From contig CAWFSB010000040.1 in NCBI GenBank assembly GCA_963818355.1, positions 86,649-150,648 of the forward strand: 64,000 nt of DNA, written 5' to 3'. Positions 51,101 through 62,100 of this stretch are shown here, in pieces. Position numbers and translations under genes: made by a program. Every line of letters begins with the position of its first letter. The first letter of the stretch is position 1. This DNA comes from an uncultured Acidobacteriota bacterium (GTDB lineage Bacteria > Acidobacteriota > Vicinamibacteria > Fen-336). The notes below the pieces were generated by a model. It had not been told where the DNA came from. It did not search any database and saw only the letters and a program-made list of their open reading frames with translations.

Positions 51101-54100
51101 GTCGACATCGTGCGGCCGGGCGACGGCTTCGGACGCGACCCGGACGGGGCGTTCCGGCTCCGGCCGGACAGCCGCGAGGATCACGCGGCGCTCCTGCGCG
51201 AGGTGGGCGCGGCCGGACGGACTCCCTCCCAGATCGTCCACCTCTGGGGGGTGAACGAGGACGACGGCCTCGACTCGGCGCTCGAGCGAGGCTTCTTCCC
51301 CCTGGTCCGGCTCGGCCAGGCCCTCCTCGACGAGGAGCCCGCGGGCCGCGTCGAGATCGTGGTCGTGACGAGCGGCGCGGAGGGCGCGGGACGCGACGCT
51401 GCGCCACGCTTCCCCGCCAAGGCGCTCGTGCAGGGCCCGGCGAGCGTTCTCCCACGCGAGCTGCCGTTCGTCTCCTGCCGCTCGGTCGACCTGTCCTCTT
51501 CGCTGGCTCCCACGGCGGCCTTCGCACGGCAGCTCGCCGCCGAGCTGGAGGCGGAGACGGACGAGGGCCGCGTGGCCATCCGCGACGGCGAGCGGCTGGT
51601 CGAGGCCTACGAGCGTTGGCCTCTCGCGGAGGCCACCGTGCCGTGGCGCGAGCAGGGCGTCGTGCTGATCACGGGCGGGCTGGGCGGCCTGTCCCTCGCG
51701 CTCGCCGAGCGCCTCGCGCGCGAGGCGAAGGCCCGCTTCGTCCTCGTCGGCCGCACGGGGCCCGATCCCAGCGACCCCGACGATGCTCGGAGCCGGGCCA
51801 TCCGCGCGATCGAGGCGGCGGGAGGCGAGGTCCTCGTCGTCACGGGAGACGTCGCCGAACCGGCCACCCTGAGGCGCGCCGTGGCGGAGGGCGAGGCGCG
51901 CTTCGGCGCGATCCACGCCGCCGTCCACGCCGCCGGCGTGATCGACGACGGCCCTCTCCACGGGAAGGAGCGCGGGGGCCTCGAGGCCGTGCTGCGACCG
52001 AAGGTGCACGGCGCTCTCGCGCTCGTCGAGGCGCTTCGCGGCCGGAAGCTCGACGCTCTCGTCTTCTTCTCGTCCACGAGCGTGGCCCTCGCCCCCGCCG
52101 GCCAGGTGGACTACGTCGCCGCGAACGCGTTCCTGAACGCCTACGCCCGCCGGCTGGCCGCGGAGGGATGGCCCGCGCGCGTGGTGCAGTGGGGGGCCTG
52201 GCGCGACGTGGGGATGGCCGTGGCGGCGCTGCTGCCCGTCCGCGTGCCGCCGGGGTGCCTGCCGGTCGAGCATCCCCTCCTCCAGCGACGCCTCGAGAGG
52301 GACGGCGAGACCGTCTTTCCCGCCGTCCTCGACGCGAAGCAGCAGTGGGTCCTCGACGAGCACCGCCTCCGCGGCGGCGACCCCGTCCTGCCCGGGACCG
52401 CGTTCGTCGAGATGGCGCGGGCCGCCCTGGCCGCCTCCGCTCCGGCGGACGGCGCGATCGAGATCTCCAACCTGGCGTTCACGGCCCCACTGGTCGTGCC
52501 CGAGGGCGAACCGCGCCTGGTCGAGACGGAGCTGCGCCCCGCGGAGGATGGCTCGGTGGCGATCTCCATCCGAAGCGTGCCGGCCCGCGGGCCGGCCGTC
52601 GAGCACGCGGCGGGCCGTGTGCGCGCGCTCGACGGCTGGGCTCCGGGCACGATCGACGTCGCGAGCCTCGAGGCCCGGTGCACGCTCGGCCGCCAGAGCT
52701 TCGGCCCCGGCGAGCAGAGCCTGCCGCAGGAGCAGGCGCTGGCCTTCGGGCCCCGATGGAAGGCGGTCCGCCGCATGGCCTTCGGCTCGGCGGAGGCGGT
52801 GGCGCACCTCGAGCTGCCGGAGACGCTCGCCGGGGACCTCGAGACGTACGGCCTTCACCCCGGCCTCCTCGACATGGCCACGGGCTTCGCGTTCTCCCTC
52901 GTCGAGGGCGGTGCCACCCTGCACGCGCCGCTGTCGTACGGCCGGCTGCGCGCGGCACAGCACCTGCCCCGCCGGGTCGTCAGCCACGTGCGCCTGCGCC
53001 CCGGGTCCGGCCCGGGAGTCGGCGTCCTCGACGCGACGCTCGCGGACGAGCAGGGTCGGGTGGTGGCCGAGATCGAAGGCTACGTGGTGAAGGCGGTCGA
53101 GCCCGGCGTCCTCGGCCACCGCGCGGAGCCGCGCCCACCGTCGCCGCTCGAGCGCTGGGTCGAGCACGGGATCACCCCCGACGAGGGCTTCGACCTCTTC
53201 CGTCGCGTCCTCGCCCAGGACCGCGAGGTGCAGGTCCTCGTCTCCCCTCTCGATCTTCACTCGATGATCGCGGAGCTGCGCCCGAAGCCACCGGTCACGA
53301 GCCCGGCCCAGCCTGCGACCCCGGCGACCGCATCTCCCGAGGGGGCCGGGACCGCACCCCGCGACGAGATCGAGGCGAAGCTCGCGGCGATGTGGCGCGA
53401 CCTGCTCGGCGTCGAGCAGGTGGGTCTCCACGACGGCTTCTTCGCCCTCGGCGGCCACTCGCTCGTCGCGGTGCGGCTCTTCGCCCGGGTCAAGAAGACG
53501 TGGGGCGTGGACCTGCCGCTCGCCACGCTGTTCGCGGCGCCGACGCTCGAGGCCCTGGCCGCGAGGGTGCGTGAGCCCCTCGGCCTGACCCTCGACACGT
53601 CGAGCCCCGGGGCCGTCGAGCCCGGCTCGCCGCCCGCGAAGACCGGCTGGTCGCCTCTCGTCCTGATCCGCAAGGGAGGCTCGCGGCTGCCGTTCTTCTG
53701 CGTGCACGGCGCCGGCGGGAACCTGCTCGTCTTCCGGGACCTCGCGGAGAGGCTCGGGCCCGAGCAGCCCGTCTACGGCCTCGAGGCCCGCGGCGTCGAC
53801 GGCCACCTCCCGCCCGCGGCGAGCATCGAGGAGATGGCGGAGATCGTATCTCGAGGCGATCCGCGGCGTGCGGCCTCGCGGCCCGTACCTCCTCGGCGGC
53901 TACTCCGGGGGCGGTGTCGTGGCCCTCGAGATGGCCCGGAGGCTGACGGCGGCGGGAGAGCGCGTCAGCCGAGGTCGTGCTCCTCGACACCTTCCACCCC
54001 GCGACCGAGGCGCACAGGACCGCCCTGCGCGATCACCTGAGCGGCCTGGCGGCCGAAGGCATCGCCGTATCTGCCCCGGCGGGCGCGCGCGACGCGCGGC

Positions 54101-54455
54101 CCGGCACCTCTCCAGACTGCCGCAGGAGCTGCGCCTGCGGTACTACCTGAGCCGCGGCCGGCCGCTGCCCCACGACCTGCGCGACGCGCACCTCACCCGG
54201 CACTTCCTCGAGGTCTCGCGCCGCCACGTGCCCGGCCCCTACGGGGGCCGGGTGACGCTCTTCCGAGCCCGCGAGATGGACCGTGTCTACGCGCACATGG
54301 GACCGCGCCTCGGCTGGGAGCCGGTGCTCCTGCTCCCCGTCTCGAGGTTGTCGAAGTGCCCGGGAAACCACGATACTATCGTCCGCGAACCCAACGTCGG
54401 CGTCCTCGCCTCCCTCCTCGAGGATCTCCTACTCCGTGCTTCGTCCGGGAGCTAG
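48161..54455 (+). CDS. type I polyketide synthase, KS-AT-KR-DH-ACP-TE (several frame breaks in the TE region, 53850-54370)
   Basis: ORF 48161..54040. KS: TACSTS (Cys 48791), ECHGTGT, NIGHLDTAAG. AT: GHSLGE (Ser 50126). KR: ITGGLGGLS (~51670) and YVAANAFL. DH: HRLRGGDPVLPG (His 52361). ACP: LGGHSL (Ser 53459). TE: FFCVHGAGGN, GGYSGGG (Ser 53904, ORF 53868..54455) and PGNHDTIV. Confidence 0.9.
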
Positions 54456-54470
54456 AGCCTCGGGCAGGAG

Positions 54471-57400
54471 GTGAGTCCATTGGCGGTCCACTCGTGGGTC
54501 CTCGTCGGCGAAGGGACGCTCCTCGCCGGCTGCGGCGACATCCTCCTGGGACTCGGCCAGCGCGTCGCGGCGGTCGTCACGGCGCGAGCCGACGATCGAG
54601 CGCTGGGCCTCGGAGAAGGGGATCCCCGACCCACCGCTCCGACTCGGGACCTCGCCTCCGTCCTGCGGGGCCTCGACTTCGACCACCTCGCGAGCATCGC
54701 GCATCTCTCGATGATCCCGGCGGAGGCGCTGGGCCTGGTGCGCGGCCTCGCCGTCAACTTCCACGACGGGCCCCTGCCCCGCTACGCGGGGCTCAACGTC
54801 ACGAGCTGGGCGATCCTCGGCCGCGAGACCACGCACGGCGTCACGTGGCACGAGATGACGGCGCGGCCCGACGCGGGACGGCTTCTGGAGCAGCGCATCT
54901 TCGACGTGGCTCCCGACGAGACGGCCTTCTCGCTCAACGCGAAGTGCTACGCGGCCGGGCTCGAGTCCTTCACGGACCTGGCGCGCCGCGTCGCCGCGGG
55001 AGATACCGGCGGTCGCGAGCAGGACCTCGCCGGGCGGAGCTACTTCGGCCGCCACGATCGGCCGGCGGCGGCCGCGGTGATCGACTGGCAGGCGGCGGCC
55101 GACGAGATCGCCGCCCTCGCGCGCGCCCTCGACTTCGGGCCGCACCCGAACCCCCTCGCGCTGCCGAAGGTTCTCCTGGGAGACGGCTTCGTCTTCGTCG
55201 GCCGCGCCGATGTGACCGACGGGCCCTCGGGCCTGCCGCCGGGAACGGTGGCGGCCGTCCTGCCGAATGGCCTGCAGGTCGCCACTCGCACGGCGGACAT
55301 CCGTGCTGGGCGAGTTCCGCGAGCCCGACGGCGCCGCGGTCACGGTCGCCGAGGCCGCGCGACGGCACGGCCTCGTCCCCGGGAAGACGCTGCCGCCCCT
55401 CACCGCGGCGATGGCCGCGCGGCTGACCGAGCTCTCGGCCGGGGCGGCGCGATCCGAGGCGGCCTGGCGAGCGACGCTCTCGAGCCTCGCGTTCCCGGAC
55501 CTCGATCTCCCGGCGGATACGGGTGACGGACGCTCGGCGCTCGCCGGGCGCACGCTCGAGCCGGCCCTCCTCGAGCGCCTCCCGCGAACCGGGCGGGTCG
55601 ACGCGCTCGTGGCGGCGATCGCCGTCCTCACCGCCCGCCGGTCCGGGACGTCGTCGTTCGACATCGCGTATGGCGACGACCGACTGTCCTCGCACGTCGA
55701 GGGCACCCACGGGACCTTCCCCGCCGCCCTGCCGCTGCGCGTGACGCTCGATCGCACCGCGCCGTTTGCGGCCGCGGTGGCGGCCGTAAGGGCGGCGCGC
55801 GAGGAGCTCCAGCGGCGTGGCCCCCACGCCGCCGACCTCTGGGCCCGCGACCCCGCGCTACAGGAGGCCGCTCGAGTGGGCGGCCTCCGGGCGGCGACCG
55901 TGTCGGTCGGCGTCGGCGTGGAGCCGCCCGCGGGACGGATCCGCATCGCGCTGGCTGTCGACGGCTCGGACTGCCGCGCTGCTCGGCGACAGCACGGTGG
56001 AGGCTCTCACCGCCCAGCTCGAGGCGGTGATCGCCGGCGTCTGCGACGCGCCGGAGCGACCTCTCGCCGAAATCGATCTCGTCACCCCGGAGGAGCGGGA
56101 TCGGCTCCTGGGGACCTGCAACGATACGGCCCGCCCCGTCCCCGAGGCCTGCATCCACGCGCTCTTCTCCGAGCAGGCGAGGCTCACGCCGGACGCCACC
56201 GCCCTCGTCTTCCGCGGCCGCCGGATGAGCTACCGCGAGCTCGACGAGCGGACGAACCGCCTCGGGCGCCACCTGCGCGGCCTCGGGGTCGCGCCCGGGA
56301 CCCTCGTCGGCATCCTCCTCCACCGCTCCTTCGCGATGGTGGAGGCCGTCCTCGGCACGCTCAAGGCCGGCGGGCGCCTACGTGCCCCTCGACCCCACCT
56401 ACCCGGCCGAGCGCATCGACTTCATGGCCCGCGACGCCGGCCTGGGGCTCGTCCTGACCGAGGAGAGCCTCCGCTCCCGGGTCCCGGCGGGCACGGGACG
56501 GGTCGTGGCTCTCGACACGGAGCCCGGCGAGATCGCGCGCGGCGTCGGCCGAGCCGCTCGAGGGCGGAGCCTCTCCCTCGGACCTCGCCTACGTCATCTA
56601 CACCTCGGGCTCGACCGGCCGGCCGAAGGGCGTGATGGTCGAGCACCGCAACGTCGCGAACTTCGCGGTCGGGATGGACGAGCACCTCGACCGGTCCGAT
56701 CCGAAGACCTGGCTCGCCGTCACCAGCCTGAGCTTCGACATCTCGGTGCTCGAGCTGCTCTGGACGCTCGCGCGAGGCTTCACGGTCGTGCTGCACCGCG
56801 ACGAGGAGCGCGAGTCCTTCGTGGCCGCCGCTGCCCCGCGACGCCCGGTGGACTTCAGCCTCTTCTACTTCTCGAGCGACGCGTCCGAGCACGAGCAGGG
56901 GAAGTACCGCCTGCTCCTCGAGGGCGCGCGCTTCGCCGACCGCAACGGCTTCGTCGCGGTCTGGACCCCCGAGCGCCACTTCCACGCGTTCGGCGGGCTC
57001 TACCCGAACCCCGCCGTCACCGGCGCCGCCGTGGCCGCGATCACCGAGAGGGTCGGGATCCGCGCCGGAAGCCTCGTCAGCCCGCTGCACTCGTCGCTGC
57101 GGATCGCCGAGGAGTGGTCGGTGGTCGACAACCTCTCGAACGGCCGCGTCGGGATCTCCTTCGCCGCGGGCTGGCAGCCGAACGACTTCGTCCTCCGCCC
57201 CGAGTCCTTCGCCGCGCGCAAGCAGGTCATGCTCGACCAGATCGAGGAGGTGCGCCGCCTCTGGCGCGGCGAGGCCGTGTCGTGCGCCAACGGCGCCGGC
57301 GAGACGGTCGAGGTGCGGACCCTCCCGCGGCCCGTCCAGCCGGAGCTTCCGGTCTGGGTCACGATCGCGGGCAACCCCGAGACCTTCGTGGCCGCGGCGC

Positions 57401-59116
57401 GATCGGGGGCCCACGTCCTCACCCACCTCCTGGGACAGAGCGTCGAAGAGGTTGCGGAGAAGGTGGCTCTCTACCGCCGCGCCTGGCAAGAGGCGGGACA
57501 CCGCGGGTCGGGGACGGTCAGCCTGATGGTCCACGCCTTCGTGGGAGACACGGACGAGGCGGTGAAGGACGTCGTCCGCGGCCCCATGAAGGACTACCTG
57601 CGCAGCGCGGTCGGCCTCGTGCGCGAGGCGGCCTGGTCGTTCCCCACGTTCAAGGAGAAGGCCACGAGCGCGAGCGGGGAGTTCGACCCCGACAGCCTGT
57701 CTCCCGAGGAGATGGACGCGCTCCTGGAGCACGCCTTCGAGCGCTACTTCGCGACGAGCGGGCTCTTCGGCAGCCCCGACACCTGCCGCCGCTTCGTCGA
57801 ACGGCTGGGTGGGATCGGCGTCGACGAGGTGGCCTGCCTCGTGGACTTCGGCGTGCCCAGCGACACCGTGCTCGCCCACCTGCCGCGCCTCGCCGAAGTG
57901 GCGCGGACGTTCGGGAGAGACACCGTTCCCGCGCGCCCTCCGGAGCGCGCCGAGGCCGAGACGATCCCGGCGCTCGTCGAGGCCCACGGCGTCACGCACT
58001 TCCAGTGCACGCCGACGATGGCCCAGATCCTGCTCCAGGACGAGCCCTCGCGGCGCGCGCTCGGGCGCCTGCGCCAGATGCTCGTCGGCGGCGAAGCCCT
58101 GCCGGACCGCCTCGCGCACGAGCTGGCCGGCCTCGTGGGCGGCGTGGTGACCAACGTCTACGGGCCCACGGAGACGACCGTCTGGTCCTCCGTGGCCCGC
58201 GTGCCCCGGGACGGCTCGCCGGTGACCATCGGGTTCCCGATCGCCAACACGAGCCTGCACGTCCTCGACCGCGACGGCCGGCTCGCGCCGGTCGGCCTCG
58301 CCGGCGAGCTGCACATCGGCGGGAGCGGCGTCGTCCGGGGCTACTGGAACCGCCCGGACCTCACCGCCGAGCGCTTCGTGCCGAACCCCTTCGGCGAGGG
58401 CCGCCTCTACCGCACGGGCGACCTCGTGCGCCGTCGCGAGGACGGCGCGCTCGAGTTCCTCGGGCGGCTCGACCACCAGGTGAAGGTCCGCGGCCACCGG
58501 ATCGAGCTCGGGGAGATCGAGGCCCGCCTGGCGGAGCACCCCGGGGTGCGGGAGGCGGTCGTGGTCGCGCGCGACGACGGGGCCGGGGCCGACCTCGTGG
58601 GCTATGTCGTCCCGCGCAACGGCGCGCTCGGCCGAGACGGACCTGCGCGAGCACCTGCGCGCCCGCCTGCCGGAGCACATGATCCCCCGCGCGTTCGTCA
58701 CGCTCTCGGCCCTGCCGATGACGCCAAACCGCAAGATCGACCGCAAGGCGCTCCCCGCGCCCCACCGACATCCCGTCGTCGTCGCCCCCGCGGCGCGACC
58801 GGAGGGGGCTCTCGAGGAGACGATCGCCGCGGTCTGGCGCGAGGTGCTCGAGCTCCCGGACGTGGGGGTCGACACGAACTTCGCCGATCTCGGCGGCCAC
58901 TCGCTGGCGATGGTCCAGGTCCTCGGCAGGCTGAGGGAGCGCGTGGACGCCTCGGTCACCCTCGTGGACCTCTTCCGCCACACCACGATCCGAGCGCTCG
59001 CGCGCTTCCTGGCCGCGAGCGGCAACGAGGACGCGGCCCTGGAGACGAGCGCCTCGCGCGCCACTGCCAGGCGCAACGCCCTCCAGGCTCGCACCCTGAG
59101 GTCACGTCGATCGTGA
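54471..59116 (+). CDS. NRPS 1: formyltransferase domain - C-domain-like remnant - A domain with embedded luciferase-like monooxygenase - PCP (frame breaks near 55300, 55975, 56375, 56540, 58630)
   Basis: F domain: ORF 54471..55526 (SIAHLSMIP..AVNFHDGPLPRYAG..GVTWHEM, His 54762). C-lobe-like region: ORF 55267.. (VDALVAAIAVLTARRSG..FDIAYG..FPAALPLRV). A domain: LTPDATALVF, KAGGAYVPLD, YTSGSTGRPKG (~56599), FDISVLE, then the LLM at 56848-57900 (VDFSLFYFSS..RFADRNGFVAVWTPERHF..), then NVYGPTETT, GELHIGG, YRTGDL, VKVRGHRIELGEIE and PNRKIDRK. PCP: LGGHSL (Ser 58901). Confidence 0.85.
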
Positions 59117-62100
59117 AGACGAGCGGGCCAGGCACGATCACCACGATTGGCGATCGATTCCGGGCAGTGTCGTCTCAGCGCGCGCAGCATCCCGCCCTGG
59201 TCTGGGCTGATGGCAGCCTGACCTACGGAGAGCTCGATCAGCGGTCGACCGCGCTCGCCGGGAGCCTGCAAGCGCTGGGTGTTCGGCCCGGTGATCGGGT
59301 CGGGCTGCACATGACGCGCTCGCCGGAACTGATGCTCGCGATTCTCGCCACGGTCCGCATCGGCGCCGTGTACGTGCCTCTGGAGCCGACCTACCCGGCC
59401 GAGCGCCTGGGATGGATGATGCAGGATGCCGACCTGAGCCTGCTGCTGACTCAGGGGGGATTGCCGCTACTCGCCTCCGTGCCCTGCCCGGCGCGCGACA
59501 TTGCCGACACCCCGGACGGACGGATGACCGGCGTTTCCGTGACTCCGTCAGCGCCGGTCTATGTCATGTACACGTCGGGCTCGACCGGCACCCCCAAGGG
59601 CGTCGTGGTGCCACAGCGCGGCATCCTGCGGCTGGTGTGCGATGTCGACTACGTGCAACTGGATCGCAATACCCGCATCCTGCAGCTGGCGCCCAACTCG
59701 TTCGACGCCGCGACGTTCGAGGTCTGGGGCGCATGGTTGAACGGCGGCACCCTGGTTCTGGCCCCTCCCGGGATTCCCGACCTCGTCACCCTCGGACGCT
59801 TGATCGCGGACGAGCGGATCAACACGATGTGGCTGACGGCATCGCTCTTCAACGTCGTCGTGGACGAGTCGGTCTGGATCCTCCGGCCATTGAGCCAGCT
59901 TCTCACCGGTGGCGAAGCGTTGTCACTCCCGCACGCAGGGCGGGCGATGGCGGCACTGCCCGGCCTCAGGCTCATCAACGGGTACGGCCCCACCGAGAAC
60001 ACCACGTTCACCACCTGCTACACCGTTCCATCGGACATCGACGGGGCTCTACCGTATTCCCCCCTGGGCTACCCGATTCGCGACACCGTCGTGCGCGTGC
60101 TCGACGAGACGTTGCGGCCAGTCCCGTCCGGGGAGGTCGGCGAGCTGTGCCTCGGGGGCGCCGGCGTGGCCCTGGGCTACCTCAACCGGCCGGAACTGAC
60201 CGCCGAGCGCTTCGTTCCCGACCCCGAAGCCCCGGGGACCCTCCTGTATCGCAGCGGAGACCTGGGCCGGCGTCAGCCGGACGGCTTCGTCGAGTTCCAC
60301 GGCCGCCGAGACCAGCAGGTGAAGGTGCGCGGCTATCGCGTCGAGCCGGGCGAAATCGAGGCAGCTCTGGCGCGTATCGAAGGCGTGCGCCAGGCCGTCG
60401 TCGTGCCGCACTCTTCCCCGGGCGGCGATGTGTCGCTGGTGGCGTTCGTCGTCGGCCACGGCGGAGGCGGCGACCCGCATCACCTCCGCGCCCGTCTCGC
60501 CGAGCAACTGCCGGCGTGGATGATCCCGACGCGGTTCGTGCTGCTCGGCGCCCTGCCCCTGAACGCCAATGGCAAGGCCGATCGTCAGCAGCTGCTGGCC
60601 AGCGTCTCCATGTTGGGCGGCCCTCCCCGGCGTGAACTGGCGGACGCGCTCGAGGCCCGGGTACTCGAGATCTACCGAGGGGCGCTCCACGTACCGGATT
60701 GCCAACCCGACGACCGCTTCGTCGATCTCGGCGGGCAGTCGATCCAGGCACTGATGATCGCCAGCCGCCTTGAGCGTGAGTACGGCCGCCGGATTCCGCT
60801 CTGCTGGGTCTACGACTACGGCTCGCCGGCAGCCCTGGCCACGGCATTGCGTGACCGCCCGCCCGAACCCGACCCCATCATGCCGGCGCCGCCGGTCATC
60901 GAACCCACGCCCGGGTTGTCCTTCCCGCAGGAGCGCGTGTGGTTCCTGCAGCAGCGTTACCCGGACTGCCGCGCCTACCACTTCCAGGCGACCTTGGAGT
61001 TCACCGGCGCGCTGGACGTCTCGGCCCTGGAACGGGCGCTGAGCGAGATCGTCCGCCGCCACGCCATCTTGCGCTCGGGGTTCCCGCTCGGTCGCCAGGG
61101 TCCCGAGATGGCCCCGCGTGAGCCGGAACCCGTCGTCCTCGCTCCGCTACGGACAGACGACGTGCCAACACTCTTGGCCGAGGAGTTCCTCGCGCCGATG
61201 GACGTCGTCCACGGCCCGCTCGTCCGCTGGCGACTGCTCCGGCTCGGGCCCGACCGTCACCTGCTCGTGCAGACCGAGCACCACCTGGTGCACGACGGCT
61301 GGTCGTTCAACCTCCTGCTCGACGAGATGCAGGGACTCTACCGCGCTTCCCGGGAGGGCCGGCCCTCGGCCCTTCCCCCGGCGCCCGACTTCGCCGCGGT
61401 GATGAGCGCCTGCCGGGCGCGTTACGAGCGGCGGCGGGGCGAGGACGAGCGCTGGTGGAGGCAGCACCTCGACGGCTGCGCGCCCGCGATGTCGCTGCCC
61501 TGGGATCACGCGCCCTCCGGTCGGGAGTCGTTCGAGGGCCTTACGGTGCGCCTGCCACTGTCGCGGCGCCTGATCGACGCGCACCGGGATCTGGCCCGAG
61601 CGCTCGGCACCACACCCTTCGTGACCCTGCTGAGCGCCTTCCTGATCCTGCTGCACCGCCACAGCGGGCAGCACGACCTGTGTATCGGCAGCGGCGTCGC
61701 CAACCGCACCGACCCGGAGGTCGAGCGCCTGCCCGGCATGCTCGTCAACACCCTGCTGCTGCGTTTCGACCTCGCCGGCGACCCCAGCGTGGCCGAGCTC
61801 GCGCAGCGCGTGCACCGCACGACGTTGGCAGCCTGGGATCACCAGGGCATGCCGTTCGACCGCGTCGTGTCGCTCCTGCGTGAGGACGGCCCGATCGGCG
61901 ATTGGTCGTCGCCGGAGGTGATGTTCAGCGTCCACAACTCGCCTTCCACGCCGATCGATTGGCCCGGCTTGAAGGTCCGCGTGACCGAGGGCCTGAGCTA
62001 CGGCACGGCCAAGGTGCCGCTGAACGTCGTCCTGTTGCCGGCGCATCCCGATCCGGAGGCCCCGGACGATCCGGACGCGCCGGCAATGACGCTGATCTGG

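Noticed and set aside
48206-53806. 1866-aa ORF antisense to the PKS. Similar cases are 56422..59310(-), 39266..41425(-), 16570..18705(-), 579..2513(+) and 22845..24239(+).
   Set aside because: These are mirror-image ORFs opposite strongly motif-supported genes. They are low-complexity (R/G/E/D/A/P rich) with no recognisable motifs, so I treat them as high-GC antisense artefacts.
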